Of a DNA stretch of 37,654 nucleotides, positions 34,084-37,654 are shown piece after piece. Each line of letters begins with the position of its first letter. Positions within the stretch are counted from its first letter, which is position 1. The stretch is from a virus (Duplodnaviria; Caudoviricetes), in the IMG/VR virus record IMGVR_UViG_3300020043_002590, positions 1-37,654 of that record, one strand, 5' to 3'. The notes under the pieces are model-generated. The model worked only from the letters and a program-made list of their open reading frames with translations. It ran no database searches and was not told the DNA's origin. The position numbers and the translations under genes are program-made.

Positions 34084-35999
34084 TAGAGCACCTTGCCTTT
34101 CTTGTCATAGTCCTGGAGTTCATCCCAGTTGGTTGAGGAGATTGCTCCCTCGCTTAGTATGGAGACGTCGAACTCAACCGACTCCATTGTTTGACGCAGC
34201 ACTTCCATTTCAGGCTTCAGGAGCTTCTTCGGTACACTGACCGTGACCTGATCATGGACGTTGAGGACGATCCGTGCTGATGGATGCTTGATAGCATGGT
34301 ACCTGATCAGAGCCTCTTTGGTGCAGTCGGCAGCCGAACCTTGAATGAGCACGTTGACCAGCTTGTAGTCGAATTCGCGGATGCGACCATCGATGAGCTT
34401 CGGCTCTTCACAGTAATACTCACGACCACCCCATGTGCGAATAGGCTCTTTGTTCTTGGCACGCAGCTTCATGTCTTGGTACATTTGCTTGAGACCTGGG
34501 TAGAGCATCAAAATGGCCTTCTTCAACTCGCTAGACTCTTCGACCGTCATACCATTGCGCTCAGCCAGCTTGCCAACACCCATGCCGTAGATCAGGCCGA
34601 GGTTTGTGTTCTTCACCGGCTTGCGGTCGTAGAACTTGCCCATCTTCTCGAGTTCAGCCTTGGCGTAGTCATGGAAGTCAATCCATGGGTTCTCGACGTA
34701 CTTGTCCATCAAGGCGCCACCGTCAAAGTGGGCCAAGATACGAGGTTCTTGCTGTGAATAATCTCGGTCGATGAAGACCTCGCCTTTAAACGGCGTGATG
34801 TAGCTGCGGACCTTAGGCAACGCAGGCAAAACCTCTTTGAACGGAGACTTGGGCAGCTTCTTGGCCGGTGCCTCGTGATGGAAGATGGCGGCGAACTCCT
34901 TGGGGATGTTCTGGAAGTTCGGTGTCGATGACAGACGACCAGTGCGTGTCCCAACGTTGTGGTCACCGGATGGCGACTTGATTTGGTTCCAAGTCGTGAA
35001 GATCAGGCTGCCAGACGCGTTGGCTGTATTGAGCCATGGCTGCATGAAGGTGTTCAAGCAAGTGTTGAGCTGGGTCCTGTACTTGAGCACGGCCAGCAAT
35101 ACTTTGTCAGTCACTCCTTGCAGTAGGGCTTCCTTGTTCGTTTGGAACTTGCCTGTTGGCGTCTTGGGCAGCAGATCAGGATCAGCTTTGCCAGCATCGA
35201 CCATGGCAGCAACGAGCTGAGCACCTGAATCGAGGTTGATGTCTGCATCTGCCTTGAGAGTCTTGATGATCCACGCATCGATCTTGACACGCCAGTCGTT
35301 GTACATGGCCACATCATCAGCCAAGCGCTTGTGGTCCATCTGAAGACCTTGTCGCTCCATCTCAAGCAGGATGGGCATGAGCTTGCGCTCACGGTCGTAG
35401 GAGACCAGCATGTCGCGGTCCAGAGTCTTCTTCCACAGCAGGTTGAAGATGGCCTCAGTGCGTTCCACGTCGCCGTTGGCGTACTTGCCAACGAGGTCGC
35501 CAGGTGCATAGGCAATGTACCGACCGAAGTAATGCTCAGACGACTTGCTCTTGCTGATCTTGACGCCCTTGATCGGTTGGTTGGCAATGAGCCATTCACC
35601 GACAGCATCTTGCTCGTCAGCAGGAAGCCCAAGCAGGCGAGTGGCCGATGGCTTCAGACCGAGTTCCATCTGATGCGGGTCATCGAGGAACAGCAGGAAC
35701 ATCGTGTCATGGATCTTGTCCCATGCAGGGATGGGCAGACCAAAATGCACTTCAGCCACATCAACGTCAAACTTGCCATTCTGAAAGAGGACACCTTCTT
35801 TGTGTCCCCATGCTTTCTTCAACTCGGCAGCTCCGTCTGACCAGCAGCAGTTGTTGCCAGTTGGGTGTCCCCATGCGTAATACTTAGACTTCTTGCCTGG
35901 GTATTTGATGGACACGCCGACAGGCATTGGAGGATACTTTGGTCTGCCCTCGATGCCGAATGTTTCAAAGTCCACAGTGACCGGTTTTGGTTGTTTCAT
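34083..35999 (-). CDS. family A DNA polymerase with 3'-5' exonuclease
   Basis: DFET, NGKFD, TGRLSS..PNFQNIP, DYSQQEPR, KNTNLGLIYG, IQGSAAD, VHDQ. Confidence 0.95.
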   Translation of the reverse strand: MKQPKPVTVDFETFGIEGRPKYPPMPVGVSIKYPGKKSKYYAWGHPTGNNCCWSDGAAELKKAWGHKEGVLFQNGKFDVDVAEVHFGLPIPAWDKIHDTMFLLFLDDPHQMELGLKPSATRLLGLPADEQDAVGEWLIANQPIKGVKISKSKSSEHYFGRYIAYAPGDLVGKYANGDVERTEAIFNLLWKKTLDRDMLVSYDRERKLMPILLEMERQGLQMDHKRLADDVAMYNDWRVKIDAWIIKTLKADADINLDSGAQLVAAMVDAGKADPDLLPKTPTGKFQTNKEALLQGVTDKVLLAVLKYRTQLNTCLNTFMQPWLNTANASGSLIFTTWNQIKSPSGDHNVGTRTGRLSSTPNFQNIPKEFAAIFHHEAPAKKLPKSPFKEVLPALPKVRSYITPFKGEVFIDRDYSQQEPRILAHFDGGALMDKYVENPWIDFHDYAKAELEKMGKFYDRKPVKNTNLGLIYGMGVGKLAERNGMTVEESSELKKAILMLYPGLKQMYQDMKLRAKNKEPIRTWGGREYYCEEPKLIDGRIREFDYKLVNVLIQGSAADCTKEALIRYHAIKHPSARIVLNVHDQVTVSVPKKLLKPEMEVLRQTMESVEFDVSILSEGAISSTNWDELQDYDKKGKVL

Positions 36000-36202
36000 A
36001 CCTGGGCTCCAAGCTCCATGCGCTCACGATCAGCACGGACCTTGTTCAGTCGGCTGTGGATGCGTTTGATGAACTGCTTGCGCTTGCGCCCCTTGAGTTC
36101 TTCCTTCAAGAGGCCTTGGCATACAGGCTCATCAGCATCGCGCAGGATGTCATTCAGAGCCAGCCAAGACTGGAGCGCTGGGTTCGTCACTAACTTCTTC
36201 AT
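35996..36202 (-). CDS. hypothetical basic protein
   Basis: 68 aa, AGGAG SD, ATGA overlap with the polymerase. Confidence 0.75.
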   Translation of the reverse strand: MKKLVTNPALQSWLALNDILRDADEPVCQGLLKEELKGRKRKQFIKRIHSRLNKVRADRERMELGAQV

Positions 36203-36220
36203 AATTGTTGCTCCTGAGTC

Positions 36221-36261
36221 AAAAAGGCCCGGCGGCCAAGGGTTAGTTCAGCACGCCGGGC
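36221..36261 (-). terminator. terminator-like hairpin after the SSB-like gene
   Basis: GCCCGGCG-19 nt-CGCCGGGC then CTTTTT. Confidence 0.6.
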
Positions 36262-36279
36262 AAAGGCTCCTGCAAAGGA

Positions 36280-37104
36280 TCAGTACTTGCGCGCGCCGCG
36301 TTTAGCTGCAGGTTTAGCCACTGGCTTTGCTGCTGCACGGCTACCACGCTTAGGAGTCGGTGCGACTTCTTCTGCAGGTTGGTACGGGAAGTCGATGGTC
36401 GACTTGGCTTCTTCATGGCGCTGCATGATGGCACTCATGAACTCATCAGGGATGTTCATGATCGGCTCGAAGACGACCTTGAACTGGGTCTTCGGATCGG
36501 GCACAACCTTGACCTTGGTCACGATGCCAAACGGAGGACGGCGCAGAGCACCAGCCACCTGTTTGACAAAGCTGGCGTAGCCCTTGACCGACGTGACCGG
36601 CAGCTTCATGAAGCCAACGGCTGTCGAAGCGAAGTGGTCTTCGTCTTCAAACATCACGAACTTGCCTGCTTGGTCGAAGTTGCCTGCCGGGATCATGGCC
36701 AGACGGCGGGTTTCACGAGCAGCTTTGCCGCGGCCGGTATCTGCAGAGCCCCATTCACAGACTTCGCTTTCGCTGCACAACTGGCCAGCAAACTCAGGGT
36801 CAGAGTTCTCGTGCCATGTCATGGTCTTCTCATCGCGGCCGAACGCAAAAGCAGTCGGTGTCTGAGGAGTGTCCGGGTCGTACTTGCCTTCGTAGTAGGT
36901 GGTCTCGAAGATGCTGTCCAAGATGACGACTGCCATCTGGTTGCCAGGCAATGGAGCATCTTGCCAGGACAGGATGCCACCTTTGGCACTGAAGAATTGT
37001 CCGCCTCCAGTGTTGGCTTCCATGCCGGCAGCGACTTCAGCCTGCTTGGCGAGTTCTTCATCCCAGCGGACGAGGGCGGTGGTTTGTGTTTTCTTAGTTG
37101 CCAT
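36280..37104 (-). CDS. putative ssDNA-binding/annealing protein
   Basis: YYEGKYDP, WGS...GRGKA...RRLA, LPVTSVK; sits just upstream of PolA; basic C-terminal tail. Confidence 0.6.
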   Translation of the reverse strand: MATKKTQTTALVRWDEELAKQAEVAAGMEANTGGGQFFSAKGGILSWQDAPLPGNQMAVVILDSIFETTYYEGKYDPDTPQTPTAFAFGRDEKTMTWHENSDPEFAGQLCSESEVCEWGSADTGRGKAARETRRLAMIPAGNFDQAGKFVMFEDEDHFASTAVGFMKLPVTSVKGYASFVKQVAGALRRPPFGIVTKVKVVPDPKTQFKVVFEPIMNIPDEFMSAIMQRHEEAKSTIDFPYQPAEEVAPTPKRGSRAAAKPVAKPAAKRGARKY

Positions 37105-37135
37105 GATGATGGTTTCCTAGTAGTTAGTAACGAGT

Positions 37136-37184
37136 GCACGGAGTTGAAAGACCAGAACCTTGAGCCGTGCCCCAAGATCCTGAT
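37136..37184 (-). promoter_or_regulatory. candidate pseudoknot translational operator
   Basis: 14-bp stem with 4 G-U pairs; loop GCACGG complementary to downstream CCGUGC. Confidence 0.6.
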
Positions 37185-37187
37185 TGA

Positions 37188-37583
37188 TTACACCTTGTTG
37201 ATGGAGACCGAGACGGCGTTGAAGTGCTCAACACCCGGAACTTCCTTGCCTGCTTCCCAACGCTCTTTGATGGCCGCGTCAGTCAGGCGTTTTTGCATGA
37301 GGTCGAAGCTGCCGGTCTTCTTGACGTACTTGTAGAAGGCGTCCCAGTCCTTGACCTGAGGAACCTGCTTGGTCACGACAGTGACTCGTGCCAGCTTGCC
37401 AGCCACGCCAGACGCTTCGGACTTCGGCAGGTTCTCGATGATGTGGTTCTTGAGGGCAGTCTCTTCAGACGCGATCTCATCGACCTTCTTTTGTTCGGCC
37501 AAGCGCTTGTTTCGCAGCTCGAACAGTTTATCCGCACAGGCGCCGAGCGCCTTGGGGAACTTGTATTTGACTTCTGTTGCCAT
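37188..37583 (-). CDS. conserved replication-module hypothetical protein
   Basis: Coiled coil, then V.DWDAFYKYV...FDLMQKR...VPGV. Confidence 0.8.
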   Translation of the reverse strand: MATEVKYKFPKALGACADKLFELRNKRLAEQKKVDEIASEETALKNHIIENLPKSEASGVAGKLARVTVVTKQVPQVKDWDAFYKYVKKTGSFDLMQKRLTDAAIKERWEAGKEVPGVEHFNAVSVSINKV

Positions 37584-37585
37584 GA

Positions 37586-37654
37586 TTATTCTTCCTTGTT
37601 GTCTGCAGACCAGAGTTCTGCGTGGATGTCGATGAGCGCCAAAGCCGCTTTGTA
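37586..37654 (-). CDS. 3' end of a truncated gene
   Basis: YKAALALIDIHAELWSADNKEE*; resembles C-termini of some phage repeat proteins, but too short to assign. Confidence 0.45.
   Translation of the reverse strand, partial: YKAALALIDIHAELWSADNKEE

Noticed and set aside
1-37654. CpG depletion as a footprint of cytosine modification; alternative genetic code
   Set aside because: A spot check in the coat gene showed CG about as common as GC; genes are intact under the standard code and use all three stop codons.

Overview
A large part of a dsDNA tailed-phage genome, cut inside a gene at both ends. The rightward block (6417-26175) is a P22-type podovirus module: terminases, portal, scaffold, coat, gp4/gp10/gp26-like tail parts, three ejection proteins, a tailspike and a holin/endolysin/spanin cassette. 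The flanking leftward blocks encode replication (primase-helicase, PolA, SNF2 helicase, VRR-NUC, PD-(D/E)XK nuclease, SSB-like protein, ATP-dependent ligase) and nucleotide metabolism. No integrase, repressor, tRNA or CRISPR array was seen. The best candidate for a new system is a five-gene cluster at 26276-29171: SAM methyltransferase, MazG-like pyrophosphatase, Nmad1/DUF1599-like protein, thymidylate-synthase homologue with the dCMP-type Asp, and dCMP deaminase. Because a separate ThyX can supply dTMP, the cluster may make a modified (possibly O-methylated) pyrimidine. Other highlights: a cupin-SET methyltransferase fusion just before the ejection genes; a Gp49/66 (Acb4-like sponge)-RyR fusion; a ParB-tipped insert between portal and scaffold; two candidate H-type pseudoknot operators; a structured RNA leader on the primase; and an IHF/iteron-containing intergenic region. 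All family assignments come from motif recognition by eye, not database searches.
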